Shown here piece by piece: positions 19,725 to 28,104 of a DNA stretch of 30,537 bases. The notes below the pieces were generated by a model, which saw nothing but the letters and a program-made list of their open reading frames with translations, searched no databases and was not told the DNA's origin. Both the position numbers and the translations under genes were made by a program. The first letter of the stretch is position 1; every line of letters starts with the position of its first letter. Origin of the DNA: Flavobacteriales bacterium (GTDB lineage Bacteria; Bacteroidota; Bacteroidia; Flavobacteriales_F; PHOS-HE28); NCBI GenBank assembly GCA_040881405.1, contig JBBEDG010000167.1:1-30537 (forward strand), given 5' to 3'.

Positions 19725-19732
19725 CAAAGGTA
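19725..19732 (-). promoter_or_regulatory. -7 promoter element (TACCTTTG) for ribBA
   Basis: Exact TAnnTTTG on the minus strand, 19 nt upstream of ATG 19705. Confidence 0.7.
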
Positions 19733-19793
19733 GGGGGAAGGGTAGGTCCGGAGCACCTCCCTGCCTCAGGGGCATTGCCTTGCCGTCAGCCTG

Positions 19794-20972
19794 CTATCCG
19801 CGTCCGTGTTGGATCATTCCCTCCAGCGCATCCGCCGCTCTATCCCAATCGAAGTGGGCTTGAACGAAACGCTGACCGTTCTCCGCCAAGCGTTCCCGTT
19901 CCTTGGGGTCGTCAAGCAGGCGGATGATGTGCGCGGCATAGTCCTCTGGCGTGTTGCCGATAAGTATGGCATTGCCCGGATCGGCACCCACTGCATTGTT
20001 GGCTAGAGTGGATGTGATGCATGGCATGCGCATGGCCATGGCCTCCAGTAACTTGTTCTGCAGGCCGGTGCCGATCTGCATCGGTGCCACGAATATCCGT
20101 GCTGCGGCATAGGATGAACGTATATCGCGCACCCAACCCGAGACTTCAATGAGTTGGTCCGTTCTTGCCAGATCGCGTACCGCCGGGCTGGGGTCCACAC
20201 CGCTGATGAGCAGGCTGGTCCCAGGCCGCAGTCGCCGGACGATGGGAAGCACCTTCTGGACCAGGTATAGCACACTATCGATGTTGGGCGGATAGTTCAT
20301 GTTGCCGGTGAACAGCAGGTCGTAGTGCGGTGCAATACGCTGCGGTGCGAAATGGGCGGTATCCACACCATTGGGCACCACGGCCATGCGGTCACGCTGG
20401 GGATGGTAGATGTAATCGCGGTCCTGGGCACTTATTATAACAGCATGGTCGAAGAGGTCGAACATGAGATTCTCATAACGGATCAATCGACGGGTTTCGG
20501 CCCTGAAGAGTGGACGCAGATAAAAGGGGGCGTTCTCCGTGCGGCGCTCCATGCCTTTGCTCAGAGTGTCCATGAAGTCCAGCGTTTTGGGCAGGTCGTA
20601 CCGCCGCCTTACATATTCTGTCGTACGTACAAGCTGACAGAACACGTGGTCCGGCTTGAAGAGTTCCACCGCAGCATCGATGCGCTTCTGCGCTTTGCGG
20701 TGATGGAAGTAGGCCACTTGGAATGGGAGGCGTGTGAAGATGGCCGTGAGCAATTTCAATACGATCCGCCACCGCTCTATGCGTACCACTTCGATGTGGG
20801 CACAAAACTGCCTCAGGTGCTCCAAATGCTGGGGGGGCGTGGTGGTATCGCTCAGGCAGAAGAGGTATATCTCGTGCTTCTTTGCCAGGCGGGAAATAAG
20901 GTGGTAGGCCCGCAGCTTATCCCCTTTTTCCAAGGGGTAGGGTACGCGCGAAAGCAGTACAAGCAACTTCAT
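19794..20972 (-). CDS. Glycosyltransferase family 4 (resembles TIGR03087-type sugar transferases)
   Basis: N-terminal SRVPYPLEKGDKLRAYHL, VVPNGVD, LLFTGNMNYPPNIDSV, and GT-B motif FVAPMQIGTGLQNKLLEAMAM. Confidence 0.9.
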   Translation of the reverse strand: MKLLVLLSRVPYPLEKGDKLRAYHLISRLAKKHEIYLFCLSDTTTPPQHLEHLRQFCAHIEVVRIERWRIVLKLLTAIFTRLPFQVAYFHHRKAQKRIDAAVELFKPDHVFCQLVRTTEYVRRRYDLPKTLDFMDTLSKGMERRTENAPFYLRPLFRAETRRLIRYENLMFDLFDHAVIISAQDRDYIYHPQRDRMAVVPNGVDTAHFAPQRIAPHYDLLFTGNMNYPPNIDSVLYLVQKVLPIVRRLRPGTSLLISGVDPSPAVRDLARTDQLIEVSGWVRDIRSSYAAARIFVAPMQIGTGLQNKLLEAMAMRMPCITSTLANNAVGADPGNAILIGNTPEDYAAHIIRLLDDPKERERLAENGQRFVQAHFDWDRAADALEGMIQHGRG

Positions 20973-22174
20973 CCTTTCATCAAGCGCTTGTAGAAGGCCG
21001 TCAGATCGCTAACGATGCGCTCATTGGCGTAGTGCGATAGTACCAGCTTGCGGGCCTCGAGCCCCAGGGCCAAGGAGCGCTCCGGTTCATCCACTAACGC
21101 AATGATAGCATCTGTGAATTCGGGGATGGTACGTGCAAGAATGATGTTCCTGCCATCGGTATGCGCTATGCCTTCGGCCCCGATGGGCGTGGCGATTATG
21201 GCCTTGCCCATGGCCATGCCCTCGATGATCTTCACCCGCATGCCACCTGCGGAAAAGAGGGGCACCACCATCACTTGGTTGGCCGCCATGTAGGTCATGG
21301 CGTTCTTCACCCGTCCTTTTATCTTGACCCCCTCGAAGTTGCCTTCAAGCAGGTCCTGTGGCATTTTGTTACCGGCCAGGTTCAGGCGAGCGTGCGGGCG
21401 TTTTTTCATCACTTTGGGCCACACACTGTTCAATATCCAGCGTACCCCCTCTTCATTGGGCAACCAATCCATGCTTCCCAAGTGGAAGAAGGAAGGGGGA
21501 ACTGCCCTGCGCTCCCCATCGAAAGGATACTGCTGTGGATCCACACCGAAGGGTATGGTCACCACGGGGGTGTTCGTGCAATGCTCCACGAAGTGCGCGG
21601 TATCGGTGGGGCTTATCGCGGCCACACCATCCACGCGGTTCAGTACCTCCATCTCATAGGTTTGCAGCTGCTTGGCGAGGAACCTTCGGTAGGGGCGCTT
21701 CAGGAAATTCCGTTCGCCCGTGGCGATGCGGTCCTGGATAACGTGCTCCAGGTTGTGCGAGCGCAACACAATGCGCGCCGTGCTATACCGACGGATGGTT
21801 GGTATGTACGGAGTCATGAACAGACTTTCCAGCTGGATGATGTCGAACTGTTCATCGCTCAGTAAACGGATGAGCCGGATGTCCATGTCCGGTGAAAAAA
21901 AACGACTGATGTTGTAGTTGTCCGCTGTGATAATGTCGGTGAAGGCATCTACAATGTTGACCGAAGTATCAACAAAAACGCCTTCCATGCGGGTCCGTTC
22001 CGCATGCTCTTCCGGCACCTGGCGTAGGTCCAGCGGCTGCTTGGGTGTGCTGATGCAAAGCACCTTCACCGAATGCCCTTGGTCCAATAGGCCGCAGGTA
22101 AGGTTGTGCATGGCCTTGCTCCCCCCATCGATGGGTGGACAAGGGGGTTTGTTACACAGCTGTAGGATGCGCAT
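20969..22174 (-). CDS. Glycosyltransferase family 4
   Basis: MRILQLCNKPPCPPIDGG, IPFGVD, FFHLGSMDWLPNEEGVRW, and VVPLFSAGGMRVKIIEGMAMGKAIIAT. Its stop overlaps the next GT start (ATGA at 20969-20972). Confidence 0.9.
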   Translation of the reverse strand: MRILQLCNKPPCPPIDGGSKAMHNLTCGLLDQGHSVKVLCISTPKQPLDLRQVPEEHAERTRMEGVFVDTSVNIVDAFTDIITADNYNISRFFSPDMDIRLIRLLSDEQFDIIQLESLFMTPYIPTIRRYSTARIVLRSHNLEHVIQDRIATGERNFLKRPYRRFLAKQLQTYEMEVLNRVDGVAAISPTDTAHFVEHCTNTPVVTIPFGVDPQQYPFDGERRAVPPSFFHLGSMDWLPNEEGVRWILNSVWPKVMKKRPHARLNLAGNKMPQDLLEGNFEGVKIKGRVKNAMTYMAANQVMVVPLFSAGGMRVKIIEGMAMGKAIIATPIGAEGIAHTDGRNIILARTIPEFTDAIIALVDEPERSLALGLEARKLVLSHYANERIVSDLTAFYKRLMKG

Positions 22175-23600
22175 CGGTACGCTTGAAAATGGAGCGGATC
22201 CGCTCCCAGCCGCGATAATACGCATCGGCGTCGAAGAGGGGGCTGTCGGAGGCCGCCTTCCAGGTCAGGAAAAGGCCTACGGGCAGCAATACAAGAGTGC
22301 TTATCCACATGCCGGGCCAAGCGGCCAGGCCACCTGCTATGACCAACTTTTCCATGCTGAAGGAAATGATGTGGAAGATGAGGAAGAAGACAATGGCGAA
22401 CACGGTCGGCAGTCCCATACCACCCTTTCGGATGATGGCTCCCAAAGGAGCTCCGATGGCGAAGAATACAAGGCAGGCGAAGGCCAGCATGGGCTTGCGG
22501 TGCATCTCCACTGCGAAGCGTGACAACTGCTCCAAGCGGCCTTTGCGCTCTTCCAAGGAACGATCGATGTAGTTGATGTGGTTGCGCGCCATGTTGATCG
22601 CCACATCGTGCAGGTTGTTGCGCTCCTCCCTGCGCAGGCCAGCGGTGAATTCCCCCATGGCGCGAACCGGATCCACAGTATGGGTCACCTCTTTGCTTTC
22701 GCGCATCAGGTAGAGGCTGTTGGTCAAATGTCGACGCTGGTCGGCCAAGCGTTCGTCCAGCTTCTGGTACAGGCTATCCTCGGCCGAACGGAGCTGGCCC
22801 AAGGTCATCATCTTGTAGTGGTCCTTGAAGAGGTCCTCATCCGTACGGTCCAGACCCAGTCCCGAAAGGTCCAGTCGTATCTCGTCCTGTAGGAAGGTTC
22901 CGCGCATCATTGGGAACTGGCCTTGCCCCCGGTTCCCGGGCGAATGTTCGTCGTAGAAATGCCCGTCCTGCAAGGTGAGCACGAGGTAGCGGCCATCCGT
23001 GCTCCGCTGCATGGTGCCCGTGCGGGCGCGCACCACCGTTCGGTTGCCTTGGAAGGGGTCGCGATGATCGTAGATCAATACATCGTGCAGGAGGCCAGTA
23101 TCCTCTTCCTTGTCCATTACGCGTATGCTGAAACCATCGATGCCGTTGTAGAAGATGCCGGGCCTTAGGTTCATCGCGGGTTTCTTGCGCGTAACATCCC
23201 ATAGGAGCGACTGGAACTTCAGGTTGGCCACAGGGAGCACATTGTTGCTGAAGTAGAAGGACCCCAAGCTGAGCAGCCCTGCGAATAGGAAGAGCGGGAA
23301 CATGATCCTGATGAGGCCGAGTCCGGCGGATCGCATGGGGACAAGTTCGCTGTTCTCGCCGAGGCCACCCATTACCATTATGCTGGACAGTAATATCGCC
23401 AACGGAAGGGCGAGGGGCACGAAGCTGGCGGTCGCGTAGGTGAGCAGCTCCACCAGAACATACCATTCAAGGCCTTTACCCATCAGGTCGTCCACATACT
23501 TCCAAAGGAATTGCATCACCAATATGAACAGCACGATCACGAAGGTGATCAGCAGCGGCCCCATGAAGGCCTTGATCATCATGCGGTGAAGGCGTTTCAT
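22152..23600 (-). CDS. lptF: LptF/LptG family LPS export ABC permease
   Basis: Motifs FLWKYVDDLMGKGL, ALPLAILLSSIMVMGGLGENSELVPMRSAG, a periplasmic beta-jellyroll segment, and FFAIGAPLGAIIRKGGMGLP. LptF versus LptG cannot be separated by eye. Confidence 0.88.
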   Translation of the reverse strand: MKRLHRMMIKAFMGPLLITFVIVLFILVMQFLWKYVDDLMGKGLEWYVLVELLTYATASFVPLALPLAILLSSIMVMGGLGENSELVPMRSAGLGLIRIMFPLFLFAGLLSLGSFYFSNNVLPVANLKFQSLLWDVTRKKPAMNLRPGIFYNGIDGFSIRVMDKEEDTGLLHDVLIYDHRDPFQGNRTVVRARTGTMQRSTDGRYLVLTLQDGHFYDEHSPGNRGQGQFPMMRGTFLQDEIRLDLSGLGLDRTDEDLFKDHYKMMTLGQLRSAEDSLYQKLDERLADQRRHLTNSLYLMRESKEVTHTVDPVRAMGEFTAGLRREERNNLHDVAINMARNHINYIDRSLEERKGRLEQLSRFAVEMHRKPMLAFACLVFFAIGAPLGAIIRKGGMGLPTVFAIVFFLIFHIISFSMEKLVIAGGLAAWPGMWISTLVLLPVGLFLTWKAASDSPLFDADAYYRGWERIRSIFKRTDAHPTAV

Positions 23601-23777
23601 CCTGTGGGGAACGTAGGGAAGGAGCGATCGGTATGGTTGGTACAGCGGTTCGCGGGACGGTCTATTCCACCGAACTTCCGCTCATGATCCGAACCGGGGT
23701 ATAAAGGTGCTTCAACCGGTCGTGACAGCAAGGCCCAGCGACCGGGTGCGGATAGCCTAGGCCATCGATACAGTTTC

Positions 23778-24824
23778 TCAGGCGCCCAACACACGCATCA
23801 AAGCACCGATCTGCGAGGTCCACAAATTGCGGGTCTCCTCCACTTCATCGGGCCAGGCATGGTCGGTCACGATCAGCGCCACCTCGTTGGTCATAGCGTC
23901 GATCTTCACCCTGAACTCGAAAAAGGCGTTCGGGTCATCATCGTCATTGCGCCGGAAGCGGATCACCTCGCCGGCCTTGCGCCCGATCATGGTAGCCTCT
24001 TCTTCCTCGCCGTCCCACATGAAGGTGTACTGGTCGTCGCGCACGTTCACATCATTGCAGTACCATTCGGCGAATCCGCTCGGGGTGCTAATAAGCTCGT
24101 ACAACATGGTTGGCGAGCTACGCACTTGGAACTCGATCAGCACACGCTCCTTCAGGGGCTTCTTGGCTGCCAACTCGGCTGCTTTCACCTTGGCCACTGC
24201 GGGCTTTGCTATGGGAGCCGATGGTGTTGGGGCTGGTGCTGTGGCGGCTTTAGGCGCCGCAGTCTTCGCAACGACCTTGGTGGGTGCTGCTTTCTTGGGT
24301 GGGACCACTACTTTCTTCTCGGCCGCCTTTGGCGCAGCAGGCTGCTTGACCGCCGCTTTCTTGGTCACCACGGCCTTCGTCGTCTTCTTGGCTTCAGGTT
24401 TCGTAGCTGCTACCTTCTTCACCACTGTCTTTTTCGCCGGAGCCTTCTTCACCTTGGCTACAACCGCTTTGGTAGACTTCGTCTTTGTGGGCGCCGTGGG
24501 TTTTGCTTTGTGCACAGCAGCTTTCGGTGCTGACTTCTTCGCTGCAGTACCCTTGCCCTTGCTAGCTGCGCTGGACTTTGTTGACAGAGCTTTAATTGCC
24601 GGCCGTGCAGGTTTTTTAACGGTCGGCTTCTGTTTGGCGAGGGTCTTGGCCACCACCTTTTTGGCAGAGGGCTTCACCTTGCTTTTAGCAGCAGCGGGCT
24701 TGCCTTTTCCAGTGTTCTTGGCGGCAGCGCCCTTTTTCGCGCCTTTGCCCGCAAGAGGTTTGGCGTTCTTGGTGTTTGCCGCTTTGGAGCCCTTGCCCGT
24801 TGCAGCGATCTTCTTCTTGGCCAT
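23778..24824 (-). CDS. Histone-H1-like Lys/Ala/Pro-rich N-terminus (223 aa) fused to a Bacteroidota START-like (START_2-type) domain (125 aa)
   Basis: Single uninterrupted 348-aa frame. C-terminal IEFQVRSSPTMLYELISTPSGFAEWYCNDVNVRDDQYTFMWDG..FFEFRVKIDAMTNEVALIVTD..LWTSQIGALMRVLG matches the START-like family. The N-terminus (24156-24824) is K/A/P/T/V-rich low-complexity sequence. Confidence 0.82.
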   Translation of the reverse strand: MAKKKIAATGKGSKAANTKNAKPLAGKGAKKGAAAKNTGKGKPAAAKSKVKPSAKKVVAKTLAKQKPTVKKPARPAIKALSTKSSAASKGKGTAAKKSAPKAAVHKAKPTAPTKTKSTKAVVAKVKKAPAKKTVVKKVAATKPEAKKTTKAVVTKKAAVKQPAAPKAAEKKVVVPPKKAAPTKVVAKTAAPKAATAPAPTPSAPIAKPAVAKVKAAELAAKKPLKERVLIEFQVRSSPTMLYELISTPSGFAEWYCNDVNVRDDQYTFMWDGEEEEATMIGRKAGEVIRFRRNDDDDPNAFFEFRVKIDAMTNEVALIVTDHAWPDEVEETRNLWTSQIGALMRVLGA

Positions 24825-24837
24825 GGTATCGAAACTC

Positions 24838-24866
24838 CGGCTAACGTACCGGGTGCGGCTAAGGTA
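24838..24866 (-). promoter_or_regulatory. Tandem near-consensus -7 elements upstream of the H1/START gene
   Basis: Direct repeat CGGCTAACGTA (24838-24848) and CGGCTAAGGTA (24856-24866), 10/11 identical. On the minus strand they read TACGTTAGCCG and TACCTTAGCCG. Confidence 0.4.
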
Positions 24867-24933
24867 AGCGGATCATCCACCCCTGCAAGTAGAACTTGAT
24901 CTTCTTGGGTATCCAACGAGCAAGGCCGTTTTC

Positions 24934-24941
24934 TATATTTG
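24934..24941 (+). promoter_or_regulatory. -7 promoter element (TATATTTG) for tRNA-Met
   Basis: Exact TAnnTTTG followed by CCG, 29 nt upstream of the tRNA 5' end. Confidence 0.7.
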
Positions 24942-24970
24942 CCGCCCCTTACACGAACATATGAGGCTAT

Positions 24971-25044
24971 GGCGCGGTAGCTCAGCTGGTTAGAGCGCAG
25001 GATTCATAATCCTGAGGTCGAGAGTTCAAGTCTCTCTCGCGCTA
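24971..25044 (+). tRNA. tRNA-Met (CAT), most likely elongator; CCA not encoded
   Basis: Cloverleaf: acceptor GGCGCGG/TCGCGCT, D arm GCTC-AGCTGGTTA-GAGC, anticodon arm CAGGA-TT CAT AA-TCCTG, T arm GAGAG-TTCAAGT-CTCTC, discriminator A, then CAA. It lacks the initiator features (C1xA72, three G:C pairs in the anticodon stem). Ile2 (lysidine) is less likely but not excluded. Confidence 0.95.
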
Positions 25045-25045
25045 C

Positions 25046-25086
25046 AAAAGGTCATCCTCTCTCAAGCGGATGGCCTTTTTTGTTTC
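25046..25086 (+). terminator. Rho-independent terminator after tRNA-Met
   Basis: AAAAGGTCATCC..GGATGGCCTTTT stem with one G.U pair, followed by a T-rich run. Confidence 0.75.
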
Positions 25087-25096
25087 TTCACCATCC

Positions 25097-25510
25097 ATGC
25101 GGCTCCCATTTCTCCCGCTCCTACTCACCGCCTGCAGCCCCGCATTCACGCCAAGCGACGATGCCGCGATCCGCACCGTGATGGAGGATCAAGAGGTGGC
25201 TTGGGACCGGGGGGATATACCGGGCTTCATGGAGGGCTACTCGGACACGGTGTGTTTCCTTAGCAGCCGGGGTAGCACCTGCGGCCTTGAGGCGGTAAAG
25301 GCGAACTACCTGCGCAACTATCCGGATGGGGCATCCATGGGCGATCTGTCCTTCGGCATACAGGAACTACTGCCCGCTGGTGGCGAGCATGCCTGGCTTA
25401 CCGGAAGCTGGCAAGTGGTGCGTATTTCGGACACTCTCGGCGGTGGCTTCTCCTTGCTTTGGGCCAGGGAGGGGAACGGCTGGCGCATTGTGCGCGACCA
25501 TACGTATTGA
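25097..25510 (+). CDS. NTF2-like (DUF4440/YybH-type) lipoprotein
   Basis: Lipobox LLLTA-C. Motifs QEVAWDRGDIPGFMEGY, MGDLSF, G.FSLLW, and terminal WRIVRDHT typical of NTF2/SnoaL folds. Confidence 0.82.
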   Translation: MRLPFLPLLLTACSPAFTPSDDAAIRTVMEDQEVAWDRGDIPGFMEGYSDTVCFLSSRGSTCGLEAVKANYLRNYPDGASMGDLSFGIQELLPAGGEHAWLTGSWQVVRISDTLGGGFSLLWAREGNGWRIVRDHTY

Positions 25511-25546
25511 ACCCCACCCGGTATCTTCGGCGCCAAGCAACGGCTC

Positions 25547-26173
25547 GTGTTCGACTCCATCACCCTGATCATCATCGCGGTCACCGCCTTGTTGTCCATC
25601 GCAGCGTTCAGCGATCAGCGGCTCTTCAGTGCCTTGCTCTTCGAACCCTTCGTCATCAAGTCGCGGGGCGAGTGGTACCGATTCATATCCCACGCCTTTA
25701 TCCACGCCAACTGGCCGCACTTGGCCGTTAACATGTTCGTGCTGTACATGTTCGGGCGCAACGTAGAGATGCTGCTTCCCCATGTTACCGGACAGGGAGC
25801 ATTGGTCCACTACCTCCTCCTCTATGGCGGAGGCATACTCTTCTCCACCCTGCCCTCTTACCAGCGTAACATCCACGATCCATCATACCGTGCGGTGGGG
25901 GCGAGCGGGGCGGTGTCCGCGGTGCTCTTTGCTCAGATTATCATGCTGCCCACCAGTCCTGTGCGCTTCCTCTTCATTCCATTCCCGATACCGGCCTATG
26001 TGTTCGGCCTTCTTTATCTGGCCTATTCCTATTACATGGACAAGCGTGGCAGCGATAACGTGGCGCACGATGCGCACTTTTTCGGTGCAGTATACGGCCT
26101 GCTTTTCATGGTATTGCAGGACCCCGGTCTTGTGCTGGACATCGGTAGCTTTCAGCGATCAATGGGTATGTGA
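25547..26173 (+). CDS. Rhomboid family intramembrane serine protease
   Basis: WYRFISHAFIHANWPHLAVNM, catalytic GASGAVS, catalytic His in AHFFGA, and multiple TM segments. GTG start, with a near-consensus -7 element TATCTTCG at 25522-25529. Confidence 0.92.
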   Translation: MFDSITLIIIAVTALLSIAAFSDQRLFSALLFEPFVIKSRGEWYRFISHAFIHANWPHLAVNMFVLYMFGRNVEMLLPHVTGQGALVHYLLLYGGGILFSTLPSYQRNIHDPSYRAVGASGAVSAVLFAQIIMLPTSPVRFLFIPFPIPAYVFGLLYLAYSYYMDKRGSDNVAHDAHFFGAVYGLLFMVLQDPGLVLDIGSFQRSMGM

Positions 26174-26177
26174 GGCC

Positions 26178-26669
26178 ATGCGAAAAGCCGTGTTCCTTGA
26201 TCGCGATGGAGTGCTGAACCGGGAGCGTGGCATGCATACCTGGACCCTTTCGGACTTCGACGTACTGCACGATGTACCCCAGGCCTTGAAGCTCCTGCAG
26301 GATGCCGGCTACGCCTTGGTTGTGATCACCAACCAGAGCGGTATCGGGCTCGGACTTTACGGACACGCTGAAGTGGCCACGTTGCATGGCTACCTTCACA
26401 CCATGCTCGCGGACCACGGAGTTCAGCTCACTGGCATACACTATTGTCCCCATCATCCTTCCCAAGGCCGTTGTTTGTGTCGCAAACCAGGGTCTTTGAT
26501 GTTGGAGAAGGCCATGGCGCGCCATGGCCTGGACCCTAATGGTTCGGTGATGATCGGTGACCGCGATCGCGATATGGAAGCGGCGGCATCGGCCGGTGTG
26601 CGCGGCATCCTGGTGGAGGCCAATATGCCTTTGCTGCCCGTGGTGATGAACCTAGTGTTGAACGCATGA
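26178..26669 (+). CDS. gmhB: HAD-IIIA phosphatase, D-glycero-D-manno-heptose 1,7-bisphosphate phosphatase-like
   Basis: Motifs AVFLDRDGVLN, VVITNQSGIG, Zn-binding YCPHHP..CLCRKPG, and MIGDRDRD. Start is ATG 26178. Substrate is not proven. Confidence 0.82.
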   Translation: MRKAVFLDRDGVLNRERGMHTWTLSDFDVLHDVPQALKLLQDAGYALVVITNQSGIGLGLYGHAEVATLHGYLHTMLADHGVQLTGIHYCPHHPSQGRCLCRKPGSLMLEKAMARHGLDPNGSVMIGDRDRDMEAAASAGVRGILVEANMPLLPVVMNLVLNA

Positions 26670-27520
26670 AGGAATTGGTGAACATCAATGGTGAGGTGAA
26701 ACCCGGCGACATGCCGGTGATCACCTTGGACAACCGTGCATTCCATTTTGGTGATGGGCTTTTCGAAAGCCTGCGCATCGTGGAGGGCAGACCCTGTTTC
26801 GTGGATGCGCATTGGTCGCGCATGGAAACCGGCGCCAAACTCCTGCGTATCGAATTGCCGGATGGCTTGGAACGTGCTTCATTCGAACGCTACATCACCG
26901 AGCTGGCCAAACGTTGCGGACTCAGCAGCGCGCGTTGCCGTTTCACCCTGTACAGAGGTGGCAACGGACAGTATCGACCCGAGATGAATACCGGTTCTTT
27001 CACCATCGAGGTGAAGGCCGTTGATCATGCCACCTATACCTTGAACGACCAAGGCCTGATGACCGACATCTGGCCCGAGATGCGCAAACCCATCAATGAA
27101 CTGGCGCGACACAAGACGATGAACTGCCAGTACTACATCATGGGTGCGCTTTGGGCGCAACAGCGTGGCCTGGACGATTGCCTCCTGCAGAACGAGCGCG
27201 GCAACATCATAGAGAGCAGCAGCGGCAACCTTTTCATTGTGAGCAATGGGGTGCTCTACACGCCATCACTTGCGGATGGTTGTGTGGGCGGTGTGATGCG
27301 CGCACAAGTGATCAATCTGGCCCTTGCCAACAACATCAAGGTGTACGAGTGTTCGCTGAATCCCCAGAACCTTCTTGCTGCGGACGAGCTCTTCTTCACC
27401 AATGCAATACGCGGCATACAGTGGGTGGGAGCCTACCGTACCAAGCGCTATACGCACCGCATGTCCGGCACATTGACGGATCTTTTGGCTGCACTTACAG
27501 GCGCTCAGGCCACGCCTTAG
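26666..27520 (+). CDS. Aminotransferase class IV (PabC/4-amino-4-deoxychorismate lyase-like, PLP-dependent)
   Basis: Motifs DNRAFHFGDGLFESLR, HKTMN (candidate PLP Lys), IIESSSGNLFIV, CVGGVMR and DELFFTNAIRGI. Confidence 0.88.
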   Translation: MKELVNINGEVKPGDMPVITLDNRAFHFGDGLFESLRIVEGRPCFVDAHWSRMETGAKLLRIELPDGLERASFERYITELAKRCGLSSARCRFTLYRGGNGQYRPEMNTGSFTIEVKAVDHATYTLNDQGLMTDIWPEMRKPINELARHKTMNCQYYIMGALWAQQRGLDDCLLQNERGNIIESSSGNLFIVSNGVLYTPSLADGCVGGVMRAQVINLALANNIKVYECSLNPQNLLAADELFFTNAIRGIQWVGAYRTKRYTHRMSGTLTDLLAALTGAQATP

Positions 27521-28104
27521 TTCTGCGAGGGGTCCTCAGGGAAGTTCGCCAGTGGTGCGAACTCGCGCCCCATGGCACGAAGGGTGTCCGCCCAAAGATC
27601 CCGTTTGCCCGTATGCATGATGCGTGCCTTGGCAGCGCGCGAAACCAACCATGATCGGTCTGCAAGCTCGCGGTCCAGTTGGTTCTCACCCCAACCAGTA
27701 TAGCCAACGAAGAAGCGTATGTGTTTGGCAAGCTTTGGGTCGGTGGTGAGGATGGAACAGAGCTGCTCGTAATCGCCACCCATGAAAATGCCGTCCACGA
27801 TCTCAACGCTACCGTGCAGGTGTGGCCCGAGGGTGTGCAGGTAATAGAGGTTGCCACTTTGTACCGGTCCGCCGATGTTGACCCGTGCGTTGATGGGTGG
27901 CATGTTCTCCATCAGCTCGTTAATACTCATTTCCATGGGGCGGTTCAATACGAACCCGAACGAGCCGTCCGCGTTGTGTTCGCAGAGCAGCACCACCGTC
28001 CTACGGAAGTAGGGATCCGGCAGGTAGGGTTCGCTCACGAGCAAGCGTCCACGTGCGGGCCGGAACTTGTTCGTGGGATTCAGATCGAGGATACCGTCGC
28101 TCAT
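27517..28104 (-). CDS. YqgE/AlgH family protein
   Basis: Motifs GRLLVSEPYLPDPYFRRTVVLLCEH..GSFGFVLNRP, GGPV and RFFVGYTGWGENQLDREL..SW. Start MSDG at 28104, with a near-consensus -7 element TACCTTCA at 28112-28119. Confidence 0.92.
   Translation of the reverse strand: MSDGILDLNPTNKFRPARGRLLVSEPYLPDPYFRRTVVLLCEHNADGSFGFVLNRPMEMSINELMENMPPINARVNIGGPVQSGNLYYLHTLGPHLHGSVEIVDGIFMGGDYEQLCSILTTDPKLAKHIRFFVGYTGWGENQLDRELADRSWLVSRAAKARIMHTGKRDLWADTLRAMGREFAPLANFPEDPSQN

Noticed and set aside
19706-19793. Possible FMN riboswitch ahead of ribBA
   Set aside because: The gap is only 88 bp, with a promoter 19 nt from the ATG. No RFN-element consensus is visible.
23827-24867. 346-aa Phe/Ala/Leu-rich plus-strand ORF resembling a membrane protein, and the similar 28950-29342 ORF
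   Set aside because: Exact codon-register mirrors of the Lys/Ala repeats (AAG gives CTT, AAA gives TTT, GCN gives NGC) on the real minus-strand genes.
24971-25100. tRNA-Met as an integration site for an island or prophage
   Set aside because: No integrase, no duplicated tRNA 3' end seen in the window, and the downstream genes are housekeeping.
25782-26177. gmhB frame open 396 nt into the rhomboid gene, suggesting a frameshift fusion
   Set aside because: The rhomboid is complete with its own stop at 26173, gmhB has a proper ATG at 26178, and no slippery site was seen.
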